From contig NC_068983.1 in the NCBI RefSeq assembly GCF_001194135.2, positions 30,861,645 to 30,925,644 on the forward strand: a stretch of 64,000 nt of DNA. Reading direction: 5' to 3'. The position numbers and the translations under genes were made by a program. Shown here piece by piece: positions 1 through 13,613 of the stretch. The notes below the pieces were generated by a model. The model had not been told where the DNA came from. It made no database searches and saw nothing but the letters and a program-made list of their open reading frames with translations. Every line of letters starts with the position of its first letter. The stretch's first letter is position 1. Source of the stretch: Octopus bimaculoides. Its lineage: Eukaryota.

Positions 1-231
1 TTGAGCGTGGCCATTGCCAGTACTACCTGATTGGCCTTCGTGCCGGTGGTACGTAAAAGTACCCACTACACTCTTGGAGTGGTTGGCGTAAGGAAGGGCA
101 TCCAGCTGTAGAAACTCTGCAAAATCAGATTGGAGCCTGATGTAGCCATCTGGTTCACCAGTCCTCAGTCAAATCGTCCAACCCATGCTAGCATGGAAAG
201 CGGACGTTAAACGATGATGATGATGATGATG
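1..231 (+). mobile_element. 3' part of an RTE-tail-type retroposon ending in (GAT)n
   Basis: ...catgctagcatggaaagcggacgttaaac followed by (gat)n. Related sequence occurs in reverse at 7045-7175. Confidence 0.6.
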
Positions 232-1220
232 ATAAGTAGTGGAATATCTGAGGCTGGTTAAGGAGCTGGAAAGATGGAAAGCAGATACTGCATCTCTTAC
301 TGTGCACCTACAGCTTCAATAAGGAATGGGCTTTGACTGATTGCCTGATTATTTAGGTTTATGAATCAGGGCCATTTTAACAGAACATTAGGCCCCCTGA
401 GTAAAGCAATGCACAGAGGTCCCCTACCAACACAACAACAACATAACTAGATTAGCATTGGGTACCTAGGCCTATGTGACTCCCAAGAAACTGCCTGGTG
501 TGCACTTATCTTAAGACAGCACTGATATGGATCTTAAAGCTCACACAACAGTTATATAGTTATTAACAATGATTATGAAGTTTGTTGAACTAATACTGTT
601 TCTGCCGGAAGCAGAGATGTAGTTTATTAGATGGTAGAAAGTACCATTCAAGATTAGCTCATTATAATATAATTGGTATATCTGTCACAAATGATGGCAT
701 GTTGGCATTTAAAAATGAACAAGCTGAAATTGGCATTTAATAAATGCCTCAACATAAATTATGTTCCATATATTTTTTGATACAGACTTGTTTCAACCTA
801 TCATATACTGCCAGGTTAGGTTTGAATCAAAGTTTATTTACCAAAATTAGTATATTTTATTAATAATCAATTCCATATGCATTTCATCCACACATAAATA
901 TCCATTATGACTTGTTTTATATATAAAGCTGTTACACTGAAACATAAAGTGTTGTGGCAGACACCCCCAGGTGAGAAGTGAGTTGGTCCACTAATAAATA
1001 GTGGCCTGACACAGTCAGTAATGTCAGTTAGTGAGGTACATTGTTCAGGTCAGTCTTGCAGAGATGACGAAATGCGTTGTCATAATGTGGGACATAACAA
1101 TAATCATATCACAATATACTAATTTTATTCAATATACAGTCACTGCATACGTTTCCAATGGTAATACAAATGGGTTTCTGCATAGATGTTACAATTTTCA
1201 TGTACTAAAATATTGATAGA

Positions 1221-1648
1221 GGAGTGGCTGTGTGGTAAGTAGCTTGCTTACCAACCACATGGTTCGGGTTCAGTCCCACTGCGTGACACCTTGGGTAAGT
1301 GTCTTCTACTATAGCCTTGGGCCGACCAAAGCCTTGTGAGTGGATTTGGTAGATGGAAACTGAAAGAAGCCCATCGTATATATATGTATGTATGTATATG
1401 TATATATGTATGCATGTGTATATGTTGTGTATCTGTGTTTGTCCCCCCCAACATTGCTTGACAACCGATGCTGGTGTGTTTACGTCCCCGTAACTTAGTG
1501 GTTGGGCAAAGGAGACTGATAGAATAAGTACTAGGCTTACAAAGAATAAGTCCTAGGGTCGATTTGATTTGATTAAAGGTGGTGCTCCAGCATGGCCGCA
1601 GTCAAATGACTGAAACAAGTAAAAGAGTAAAGTAGAAAAGAGAAAGAG
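1221..1648 (+). mobile_element. tRNA-derived SINE, family A (dominant family, internal TA/TG microsatellite)
   Basis: A-box TGGCTGTGTGG, B-box GGTTCAGTCCC, internal (TA)(TG) tract, tail gcatggccgcagtcaaatgactgaaacaagtaaaagag. Confidence 0.85.
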
Positions 1649-3562
1649 CATAGTGGCACTATACAGTATATATTTCAAACACTGCAAGTATACATTGTAC
1701 AATGCTTCATATATTACAAAATGTGACTTAAGCATTCTTTCATGGAGTGTTTTTTTATAAACATAGATGGAATGAGATATCCTTAGTTGTTCTTATTATA
1801 TACACACAGTTTCTTGTTTAATTAAGCAGACCTTTCGTTACATCTTTTATGAAGATTTCATTTCCCATCAGATTTCATTGATCATTACTTCTTTCTGTGT
1901 ACAACCTCAGATTCTAACTTCTAGAATATAAATACATAAAGAAATTTAGCACAGAAGATAAAAATAACACATGTTGTTTTGTATTTTCATCCCCAAAAAG
2001 GAGTTGAACTCCTGGAATTCTCTGTTAGTTCTACCACTGAATTATGAGATAAAAAATTATGTAAGCAATAAGCAAGTCAAAACAGAAAGAAATTCATATA
2101 TGTAGTTACACAATGAAGTTTATTATAGAAGATTCCTACACTACAAAGTACTTATTTGGGGAACAGAGAAAAGGAAGGGATACAGCAGGGATTGTATGTC
2201 TACTTGAAGAAACCAACAGAGAATCATATGTTATGTTACTGGGGATAGAGAAATCTATCACTCTTGGAGGTTGTGGTTGTTGTTAAGCTCCCAGTCAGTC
2301 CTGACTAATTTGACATATGATAAAAGATATTCCAGTTTGATGTCATCATGCCATACAAAAAAAGAGACCTTATTTTTTACCCCTTTTTTGTTAGATGTTG
2401 GACTATCTTTGTGGAAGATTGAGAAACAATGTAGAGGGTTTCTGAGACATCTAGGTGTGAGTGTTAAGAAGGACTAAAGATGATTGAACCAATACTTAAT
2501 CTGAGATTAGCTTTGCCTTTCATCCTTCTTAGGTCAATGTACTCATGTACTAGTAGAATCATTAGAGCATCAGACAGAATACCTAGTGGTATTTTTTTCC
2601 CCACTATTTTCACATTCTGAGTTCAATCCAGCTGTGGGCAACTTGGATGGTTGACTTAATCCATCACCTTATTTAACATCACATCCAAATTCTTGAGAAT
2701 CCACTCTACTGCAAGCATTTGAACTAAGTCTACAGTTTGAGAATACCTTCCACCCTTCCATCAATCTTTAATCCTTTAGCATTTAAACCAGCTACGTCTG
2801 ACCCCAATATTCTACTTGCTCTATCTATGTTCAAACTGACCTGATCTGGCTTCTCACACCTACCCTATACCCTACAAAAGCACTCTAAAGATAAGTAATT
2901 ACTTCATCAAAATCTTGAGGCTGCAAATTTAATGGTGGTTAAATCAAAACAATGAAAATGAATAAGTATTTCTTTGACTTGACAGAGCAATTTGAATGCT
3001 AAAGAGTTAAAGCTTTGTAAAGAGTCATGCAAAGTGTCCTTCCTGTTTGATTATGCATTCAAAACAATTCTGTATGTATTCATCCTTAAACTAAATAATC
3101 GTCTCAAAATTAACAATAAAAAGCTCATCTCTGAGTTAAAAGAATCTATTAGGAAGACTTTAGAAAACGAAAAGCTGTTTTTTGTTTTTCTTTTAGGAAT
3201 AAAATAGCAAGCATTTTAGGTTTCTCAAGAGTTTAATAACCATTCAGAAGGGAGTGTATCTAGCCAGAGAGATATTCACTGTGGCTCCTTTGCCATCTGT
3301 TGGCAAATCCTCATGCTACTTCATGCTACCCCAAGGTTTACAGCTTCAACAGAACGCAGCATTTTGTTATTGTTTTGATGTTGTTGTTTTTACTACAAGC
3401 ACTTAGGTCCATGGCAAATTGTTTGTTTAACTTGTAACCTTATCCTGTTGAACATCTCTCCCTATAGACCATAGATGTAGTAGGAAAGAGCAAGGAAGAA
3501 CATGCCAGATTGGCTGAAGAAATGGCTCTGCAAACTGTAACAACAGAGGATGTAACAAATTA

Positions 3563-3617
<55 letters not shown>

Positions 3618-4734
3618 ATGAATCAACAAACAAAAAAAAAAAGCTACTTACATTCCCTGGCTAAAAGAGAATATTATCTCTTTGATTGGTAAATTCAACA
3701 AGAAAATATACATTAAAAAAAGGGAAGAAACAAAAAAAAAAAAAATGTGAAGAGGTCAAGATGGGGGGTAGGGGAGAAGAGATACATGGAAATGTTATGA
3801 TATACATTATATAAACAAACGAAGATATCACTATTGTGAACTAACATAATGCAAGTCAATTGGTGGTTATTTTCTTAGAACACTGCAAGCGTGATTTGCT
3901 TTCTTTCATTCATAGCATATACAAACAACTGAGTATTTATTTCCACAAAGGCTACCATCTTTGATATGCGATATTCTATATACTCTCTCTCTTTCTCTAT
4001 CTATCTATTTCTCCCTTCCAGTCTTACAATAATTCCTGATGTTGTAAAGAAATGGATGTTTCATCTTATTTCAATTTATTTATGTGTCTCCATCAACAAA
4101 AGGCACTCATATATATATCTACCCACGCATACACACATAACCCATATAGAAATGCATTAACCAAGACTTTCACAACCCACGTATGCATCATTCTCGCACA
4201 CCTACTCTCATACAAATCAATCTACATGCATGCTCGTATATAACTTAACATTACACACCTACACGTGCTCACACACAGATTATCCTACACATGCCCTCAA
4301 GTATACTTTAGCACACAGGTCAAGATCGGTTTTCCAACAAATTGAAATAGGAACAAAGAACAGACTGGATTAAGTTTCTGATGAAGATCTGAAGATGCTG
4401 AGGTGAATAAACCCTGCTTTTAATGCAATTTTTGTGATCCAGATCAAAGCACAACCATGCCATAAATGCAAAAGCATCTGCTGCACTTGCCAAATACCAT
4501 AACAAATGCATGCAATGAGCCAGTGAAGAAACTTGCATGCAGTAACACTATCTGTCTGAAAAAGCAACCAAAATTACCCTTTAAGATTCACCCGACTGTC
4601 CTTAATATATTTATATAATTCCTGGTATAGATGTGTAGTTTAGACATTTGCTTTGCAACCATGCAATTACAGGTTGTATGGTGCACAGCATCAACAGCAA
4701 GCGTTTTCTGTTCTAGACTTGGGTTGAACAAATG

Positions 4735-4945
4735 TGAACTGACACAACTGTTAGGTGTGCTACACAAAATGCTTAGCAGCGTTTCTTCCGGCTCTTTATG
4801 TTCTGAATTGAAGTTGCACCAAGGTTGACTTTGGCCTTTCGTCGTTTTGGGGTTGACAAAACTAGTAGTAGTTGAGCCCTGAGATTTTGATGTTATCATC
4901 TTACTTCTCATCTAAAATTGCTGGCCTCTTGCCAAATTTTGAACT
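4735..4945 (+). mobile_element. SINE family D, decayed
   Basis: aaaatgcttagc...ttctgaattgaa...gttgactttggcctttc...aaaattgctggcctcttgccaaattttgaa; homologous to 47274-47500. Confidence 0.6.
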
Positions 4946-5227
4946 TATTATATATGTACAGCATATTTGAAGTCCCAGCATTTGTCAGTAATAAAGGGAC
5001 TCCTTATAAAAATTCCCTCATAATAGGGAACTTGGTCAAAGCCAATTCTTGTATCTGTATGTAGTAAGGAGACACGATAAGAAAAATGACCTCTTAATGG
5101 GGAATTTAGTTCTAAAATGCAATTTTTTAAATAGAATTGTATAGATTTAGTACATTGCATGATTTGTTTAATTTCCTGTGAAATTTAACTTTGCAAAAGA
5201 AGAAGAAAAAGGTTAATAAAGTTATTG

Positions 5228-5432
5228 GCTTCAAATTTTGACACAAGGCCAGCAAGTTTGGAGTTGGGGGTAAGTCAATTACATTGACCCCAGTGCTCAA
5301 CTGGTTCTTATTGTATCGACCCTGAAAGGATAAAAGGCAAAGTTGACCTCAGCAAAATTTGAACTCAGAATGAGTTAAATGCTGCTAAACATTTTGGCCA
5401 GCATGCTAACAACTCTGTCAGCTGGCTGTCTT
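5228..5432 (-). mobile_element. SINE family D, decayed
   Basis: Reverse complement of the family D body (gttgacctcagcaaaatttgaactcagaa...). Confidence 0.6.
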
Positions 5433-7044
5433 GCAATTAATAAAGATATTAATATCATTTTTATGTAGGGGTCCCCAAGGATATGGAATATATTTCAAGA
5501 GTTCCCCAAAAGTAAAATGGTAATGAAACATTTGCCATCACAAAGGTGGTGAACCAGGTTTTGGTTTATAGGAAACTGAAAACCAATAATTTCATGTTCA
5601 TGAAATACCTGATAAAAATAATATACATATAAAAATAGACTGATCACTTTGAAAATAAGAACTACAAATATACTTTTTTCTAAGTGTGTTCTACAGAGCA
5701 CCTTACTGGATAATTTTATAAACAGAGTATTACTTTTATATTGATATTAGAATAGCAATGTTATAGAAAAGAACAGCTAATTTAGTATTAACATATTTAA
5801 AATAGGAATCACTAATTAATGAAGAGAAATAATAGTTACTATTTCAGCAAGTACTATGGAGACTATTCTTTGTTGATGAGGTCAGAATAAAATATGTCCA
5901 GAGTTGTCTTCTGTATTTTCCAGAAATGAAAGTGATATTAGTCACTGACTGATATAATGTATTTTATTTCACCATATAATTATTTCAAGCTGATAGTTAA
6001 TGCATTGAGCATTAAAAATATAACATTAACTCAAATGTTGGTTTTCATGTTGATGATAAGGCACAGAGAGGCACAGTCATAGTCTTGTGACTAACCCTAA
6101 TTTCACTTCACAGCTATGTGGTTTGGGTTTTTTCAGTATCACTATGTTGTATTTTAGCTATCTTTATCGCACAAAAAATTCTTAAGCAAAGCTAACTGGA
6201 ACTTGTAAACATCACTTTATAAAGCAATGTGTTCCAGAGCAGAGAATATTCTGAAATGAGTTGAGAATTAAATCATTTATGTCTATTTTTTTTAATATTT
6301 AACACAAAATTCTCAGCAACACAAAGTTAATTACTAAAGACTGTATAATGACCCAAAGGACAGATTCATTGTTGTTCTCACATAATAAATGATATCAGTA
6401 GGTTAGTTCAAGGTTCATTTTCTTCCTTATAAAGTGTTAAAGCAATTACAGTAGCTTTCCTTTATAGCATGAGAATATTGCTATGGCAACTAGTGCTTTT
6501 GATGAGGAATTTTTAAACAAGCCAAACTACTAATGATGAATTCCATGGCAAAATGTACAAGTGATAAAAGATGGCTACAGGAAAACTTCTGAGTTAAAAC
6601 CAGCTGTCAGTATCAGTGAGTTGGCAGATAATTAAATCATTGTTTGTAAATTACCTTTAAATTACAATATGCTTACAGGAAGCTGTAGTGTTGCCAATCA
6701 GGCAGGTAGGTTATTTTTTTTGTTGGTGGTGATTGAAATGTCATCTACCAAAATGTTTGTGTGTCTAGCCAGAGAATTGCGCCTGATGTGGGAGAAGTAG
6801 CCTATTAGAAGTCTTACTTGAGTTTTGAAGAGAGTAAACAACTGTTTAGGGATTGAAGTATTTTCTGGCCCTGAAGAGAAAGGTTAGTCTTTGGGATAAG
6901 GTTGGAGATGATGGAGGTCAAATTACAAATATTTTCTCACATTAGGGTTGTTGATGACAACAAAGAATTATCCCAATGTATGTTTATATTTTTTATCTTT
7001 TATTTTTTATTGCTTTCAACCATTGAACTGTGGCTATGCTGGAG

Positions 7045-7175
7045 TAACTCGCCGGCAGATACTGGCATCGACCATGATCGGATGGTGCTTTTTACATGCC
7101 ACCAGCACAGAAGCCAGTCAGGGCGAGGGGGCTGACATTGACCACATTCGGATGGTGCTCTCTATGTGCCACCTG
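7045..7175 (-). repeat. Two ~70-bp tandem units from the RTE-tail repeat family
   Basis: ctggcatcgaccatgatcggatggtgctttttacatgccacc is repeated as ctgacattgaccacattcggatggtgctctctatgtgccacc. Confidence 0.6.
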
Positions 7176-7286
7176 CACATACATTTATATATNNNNNNNN
7201 NNNNNNNNNNNNNNNNNNNNNNNNNNNNNNNNNNNNNNNNNNNNNNNNNNNNNNNNNNNNNNNNNNNNNNNNNNNNNNNNNNNNNN

Positions 7287-7327
<41 letters not shown>

Positions 7328-7334
7328 GTATATA

Positions 7335-7481
7335 TGGTGGCCTTCTTTCAGTTTCCATCTACTAAATCCACTAACAATGCCTGGGGCGATAGTAGAAAAC
7401 TTTGCCCCAGATGCCATATAGTGGGAATGAACCCAAAGCTACTTGGTTAGAAAGTATGCTTCTCAATCACACAGCCATTCC
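7335..7481 (-). mobile_element. SINE family A 5' half next to an assembly gap
   Basis: Reverse complement of the head: ttctttcagtttccatctac...cacacagccattcct. Confidence 0.7.
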
Positions 7482-8924
7482 TACAACTATGGATTAACCT
7501 TATACAGAATATAATCCATTCTGTCCTTCTGAATGCATAAATCAGCACTGGTGCACATGTTGCCATTTGAGACATACATAGTGCATAAATGCATATATTT
7601 CCAATAGGAGTACCTGTAGATAAGAAACCAGTAAATCAAATTTCTTTAATCTAAGAAGAAGCTGGGGTTGATTTTTAATGTGCTATAAACACCAGAGAAA
7701 CACCTGACACCTATTACAATTTAAGAGAAGTGTCATTCATCACTTGCAGATTTTAAATGGGTTAATCAATGGTTAATTGCAATTACCTGTGCAAGGTTAC
7801 AAAGCAAATGTACGTAACTTGATGCAGAACAAATATCTCAAAGAAGAGCTCAGTGGTGCACTGTTTTTTTTTTTTTTGCTTTCTCACTAATGTTTATGTT
7901 CTTAGTCAATGTATATTGACAAAAGACACATACACACACTTACTCTCTCATACACCTCTCATATACACCACATAAACACAACAGGCTTCCACATAATTTT
8001 CATCTGCTAAATTACCCTCACAAAGATTTAATCACTGCGTGGCTATGACAGAAAGCATTTGTCCAAAATACTGCACGACAGTATTAAATCTGGAACGACA
8101 TGGTTGTGGAGAAAACTTCTTAATCAGACTAACAGATAAACAAAGACAAAAACACAATATTATTATATTTCTGTTATACATATGTGTGTATGAGCACATG
8201 TATGCCCACGTGTACGTGTGTGTGTGTGTGTGTGTGATGCACAGCACAGCATAAATCAAAAGAACTGAAATGTCATAGAATGTGTTTATATCTTTCTTAT
8301 TATACCCAAAGTGAAGCTTTCTAATATTTTCACATACACATGCATACAACATGCTTCTTTCATTTTCCACCTACCATATTCATTCACTCCTAAGGCTCTT
8401 GCCAGCCTGAGGCTATGAAGCTATAGTAAAAGACATTTGTCTGAGGTGTCATACAGTGAGACTAAACACAAAATTACTTGATTGTAAAGAACCCACAAGG
8501 ATTAATCCAGGCCAGGCCGACTCGAATTACATTGCAGGCCACTTTAATCACAGAAAGCTTTTTGAAGGCTGCTTGTATACTGACAGAATTGAAAGCATTT
8601 TGCTATCTCATGCTATTATTACAATAATGAGTGAATGATCATTGATTCAACATGAAATATTGTCATGACACAGACAGTAGTATCTTTCGTTTTTACTTTT
8701 CGTTACAATCTTAAATTTTTGATAAAATCTTTAAAATGTTTGTTTAAATAAACCCATTTCAAGAAGGTATCAAGCAAGTTGCAAGATAAAAGTCTGTGGG
8801 CCCTGGACTAAACAGATAAAAATTTTTGAAAAACTTGGTTCCAAAAAAGAGAATGAAAAGTTATGAAGTTGTTGCATTGAATGTTGGATGGGTCTTTTTC
8901 TTTTTTTGTTGACTTTTTTTTAAC

Positions 8925-9106
8925 CTTTTTAAGTGTTTCAGTCATTAGACTGGCCATGCTGGGACACTACCTTGAAGAACTTTAATTGAACAAATTGACC
9001 TCAGGATGTTTTATGTTTTTGTAAAGTCTGGTACTATCAGTTTCTCTTGCCAAACTGCTAAGTTGCAGGAATGTAAATACACCAACACCAGTTGTCAAGT
9101 GGGGGA

Positions 9107-9187
<81 letters not shown>

Positions 9188-9397
9188 ACACATACACACA
9201 CATACATACACACGTGTGTGTGTGCGTGTTTATTTTACAGGCTTCTTTCAGTTTCATTCTACCACAAATCCATTCACAAGGCTTTGAGTGGCCTGAGGCT
9301 ATAGTAAAAGACACTCATCCAAGGTACCACACAGTGGGACTGAACCTGGAACAACCATGTGGTTAGGAAACAAACTTCTTACTACACAGCCACGCCT
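8925..9397 (-). mobile_element. SINE family A, full length, old (CpG-decayed)
   Basis: Tail (tgtttcagtcattagactggccatgctgg) to head (ctacacagccacgcct), with an internal (CA)n tract. Confidence 0.8.
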
Positions 9398-9445
9398 ATG
9401 CTTGTTTCTTTCTTTCTTTTTGTTTTTGTTTATTCATAATTAACA

Positions 9446-9848
9446 AGGAGTGGCTGTGTGGTAAGTAGCTTGCTTACGAACCACATGGTTCCGGGTTCAG
9501 TCCCACTGCGTGGCACCTTGGGCAAGTGTCTTCTACTATAGCCTCAGGCCGACCAAAGCCTTGTGAGTAGATTTGGTAGACGGAAACTGAAAGAAGCCCG
9601 TCGTATATACGTATATATATATATGTGTGTGTGCAGATGTTTGTGTGTCTGTGTTTGTCCCTCCAACTTCGCTTGACAACCGATGCTGGTGTGTTTACGT
9701 CCCCGTAACTTAGTAGTTCGGCAAAAAGAGACCGATAGAATAAGTATTAGACTTACAAAGAATAAGTCCTGGGGTCTAAAGGCGGTGCTCCAGCATGGCC
9801 GCAGTCAAATGACTGAAACAAGTAAACGAGTAAAAGAGTAAAAGAGTA
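9446..9848 (+). mobile_element. SINE family A, full length, young
   Basis: Nearly identical to the copies at 48278 and 24757; CpGs retained; (aaagagt)n tail. Confidence 0.9.
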
Positions 9849-10799
9849 AGTGTTGAGTGGAGAAAAGGGAATTGTGTAAGTTAACTTTAGGAGTTTGCTA
9901 TGTTGCAGAAAAAAAAAATTAAAATCTTGAATATACTGTTTAGTTGATTATCTTAGAGAGAAGGTGACAGCAGGCTGACTAGAAAAGATAAACATTTATC
10001 TCTTTACCCTCTGATCCACCAACATTTAGATAACATACCAACATTTTAGATAACATAACCCGAATCATTTCCTAGATTTGAAAGAAATACAAAAAGAAAG
10101 AGAGAGAGAAATCGAAAAAGAAACAAAACTAGTGGCTCATCTCAGATTTCTTAAATGTACTTATCAATGGATACTTTGTTTTAGGATGAAATAATTGAAA
10201 CCTCTTACTCACAAGGGGGTGGTGAGAAAGGGAGAGAGAGAGGGGGTCGAAGAGAGAGGAGGAAATGCATAGTCACAAATAACACATTTTTCTGTGTATA
10301 TTGGGAAAGAAAATGATGAAGAATTTTTTTTTTTCTTCATAAAGATACCAGCTGTTCCTGTCATACTCAATCAGCTTCTTGAAAGAAGTTTTAACTAGTA
10401 AGTTTAACTTCTTTTAAGTTCTGTAGACTAGACATGATATTTCTGATAATAAGTTAGTACACACAGACATAACAAAATAACATTTGTATCACAGCATTTG
10501 CTGTTATTTTAATAGTTTTGCACCACGTTAAATAACTCTATTGCTTGTGCTATTTAGCCCCAGGTCGACTCTGATCAAGCAGGCCTATGATCAAAGGCAC
10601 CACAACCATGACCCACTCCATCTTTTGGGTGGGGTGAGGTGGAGTGAGGAGTATATCTTGGACTACATTACCTGAGGTGTTGTTTCCTTATTTGAAATAC
10701 TAGAATGTGATATGAGGGAGATCTCACTGCTATTTATAGCAAGTCAAGTGACTTTGTAAAGGCTCTCTCAAAGACATGACAGTCTTATAGATGCAGACA

Positions 10800-11190
10800 T
10801 AGCTCACTTTGCAGCCATGTGTCTTTGGGTTCAGTCCTACGGTACAGCACAATGGGCATGTGTCTTCTACTATAGCCCCCAGGCAAACCAGTGCCTTATA
10901 AGTGAAGTTGGAAGATGGAAACTGTGTAGAAGCCTGTCATATATGTATATGTGTATATATGTATATAATTATTCTTTTATTCTTTTGTTTCAGTCATTTC
11001 ACTGCAGCCATGCTGGAGCATCACCTTTAGTCGAACAAATTGACCCCAGGACTTATTCTTTGTAAGCCTAATACTTATTCTATTGGTCTCTTTTGCCACA
11101 CTGCTATGTTACGGGGACATAAACACACCAACATCGGTTGTTAAGTGATGGTGGGGCGACAAACACAGACACACAAATATATACATAAAT
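10800..11190. mobile_element. SINE family A pieces: 5' half on + (10800-10945) and 3' half on - (10972-11190)
   Basis: A decayed head is followed by the reverse-complement tail tgtttcagtcatttcactgcagccatgctggagc. Confidence 0.65.
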
Positions 11191-11194
11191 ATAC

Positions 11195-11229
<35 letters not shown>

Positions 11230-11292
11230 NNNNNNNNNNGATGTACTTGCATAGCAAGTGACCTGATCTGAGATCGTGTGCTGGAATGAAAT

Positions 11293-11541
11293 CAATTGCA
11301 GCGTGGAAGGTGTTTATAAGCCATTTAAAATAACACACAAAATCCGTTAGATTCACTTCAACATTTAAATTTAATTTGTCAAAATATTTGTATCTCAGAT
11401 GCAGCACAGAATTTTGTCAGTGAACAGGCCGTGGTCACAAAACGATGAAAATATTTTGACAAATTAAATTTAAATGTTGAAGTGAATCTAACGGATTTTG
11501 TGTGTTATTTTAAATGGCTTATAAACACTTTCCACGCTGCA

Positions 11542-11545
<4 letters not shown>
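11293..11545. mobile_element. 97-bp inverted repeat element (Penelope-type inverted end or MITE) enclosing a hammerhead-like motif
   Basis: Arms 11293-11389 and 11449-11545 are reverse complements with one mismatch; 59-bp spacer. Confidence 0.8.
11413..11463 (+). ncRNA. Hammerhead-like fold with swapped G3-C8 core
   Basis: TTTGTCA GTGAACA G GCCGT ggtcacaaa ACGAT GAAA ATAT T T TGACAAA. Helix I is 7 bp, helix II is imperfect (G.U, C x A, then 3 bp), and helix III is 1 bp with a palindromic ATAT loop. Confidence 0.55.
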
Positions 11546-11578
<33 letters not shown>

Positions 11579-12216
11579 AGTACCAACCAAGTAATGGGAT
11601 CAGCAGTGTTGACAGACCTCCATCCACCTAATTACAGGCCTTGTGCCAATGTTTGAAACAGCAATGAGACTGGTAGAGTGAAAGAACGGTTAAAGCATCA
11701 GACATAATATCTTGTAGTGTTTGTTCTAGCAATTACATTCTCAGTTAAAAAATTCCAAAGTGAAATTTGTCTGTCATCCTTTCAGAATCAATAAAATAAA
11801 GTACTAGTCATGTATTTGGGTTGATATATATCAATTTAGGCTCCACCCTTCAAAATTTGTGGGCTTTCTGCCTAAATTAGAAAGCATTATTGTGTTCAAA
11901 TCCTGCCCAGGTTAATTTTGCTGCTCATCCTTTTTGGGGTTGATAAAATATAGTACCAGTAAAGTACTGGAATTGATGTACTTGACTAATCCCACCCCCA
12001 AAACTTCAGGTCATGTGTCTTACATTTGAAACGATTATTATTATTATTATTATTTGGATGATAGATGACAGAATTGTTAGGTCATGTGTCTTATAATCAA
12101 AACAATAATTATTATTATCATTATCCTCTTCTTTCAATTTTGTTTTCATTTCTTGCTGAGTGTCTTCCTGACACCTAGGGCTAAGAAACTCACTGTACTG
12201 TGTACATTGGTAGGCC

Positions 12217-12270
<54 letters not shown>

Positions 12271-12693
12271 ATCATTATTATTATTATTGTTATTGTTATT
12301 ATTATTATTTCAATGGTGAATGGCAAAATTATTAAAGCATCAGACAAAATGTGTTACAACATTTTGTTCTGGTTCTTTACATTCTTAGTTCAAATCCCAC
12401 CAAGGTTGACATCACTTTCCATCCCTACAGAGTCAATAAAATAAAATACAAGTTGAGTGATGGAGTCGATGCCATAGACTTATTCCCTCCCTTCAAAATT
12501 ACCAACCTTGTGCCAAAATTAGAAATTATCGTCAATGTAATCGACTTTTCTCTCCTTGCCTCTTGTTTCAGAAGAAGAGTGTATACTCAAAGCATAAAAT
12601 ACTCTGCCTTCTGTTTTTCCTGTGTGTAAGCCTTAATACACATTGCTTGTTTGATTTTACCTTATCTTCTGTTTTTTTTTCTGTTTCTGTACC

Positions 12694-12749
<56 letters not shown>

Positions 12750-13613
12750 ATATGCATACTGGCAGGGAGAGAGAGAGAGAGAGAGACTCTATTACCTGTT
12801 TACAATTACTTTACTTAAGTTAGCACAGAAGGGATTATTTCTACAAACTTTGGATATTTATATATTGAAATATTCCTGAGAAGTCAACCACAGAATAATA
12901 TGCTTTACATATTATTCTGTTAGCCATGCATAATAATGTACCTTGCACATGAAACCACACAATGGCTATAGTAAGGTTTGAAGTTATAACCATGTTATCA
13001 TAAGATTACATGATCATGAATGAATCTCACAGATTCTATATCTTTTTTTGAACATTGTGAAGAAATATAGATGTCTGGTTATTTTTTCCTCAAGTGAACT
13101 GATTTTAAAGAATGACTAATGAGATTATCATTTTTTTTTCTCCCAATTGTAAGAATTTCAAAAACAGTGTTATGAAGATACAAAAATAAAAAAACAAAAG
13201 CATAGATGAAAATGAATAAAATGTGAAATTATCAGTATACTTTAGAAATGGGAAAAATAAAAGTTAAAATACATATCTACTGTTCAGTCTTAGTAGTGGT
13301 ATCCACTGAACACACACACACACAAAATTCAAAAGTTCTAGTTAGATTCATTTTCAATTTTGTTCATATTTAACATTTCAATAGATGTAGTTATATGTCT
13401 AGAAATTTATCTGATCAAATAGATGCTTCAAATTTGATAAGAGTAATAGAGTTTGCTTTGATAAAGCAATAGATCAAATGCATTTCAGTGAATGGTAGTA
13501 ACCTGACTGAAATATAATAAACTTATCTCACGACAGAATGATAGCAAATAATGTAATCCACTGTATCACTTGTTTTATTTATTCATTTATCTGTTTGTTT
13601 ATTTATTATGCAT

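Noticed and set aside
3514-3545. CTGAAGA-containing segments at 3514, 4378, 14921 and 37760 as hammerheads
   Set aside because: No correctly spaced GAAA, or helices I and II do not form.
4370-4555. Minus-strand acceptor tttttcAG followed by a hydrophobic ORF TDSVTACKFLHWLIACICYGIW...SSSET*, a possible last NALF exon
   Set aside because: No family motif, and the required middle exon was not found; needs RNA-seq.
4948-5060. Minus-strand acceptor-like site with YKNWL in one frame, resembling the expected AYKxWLC
   Set aside because: An immediate TGA and further stops, and the wrong phase; probably chance.
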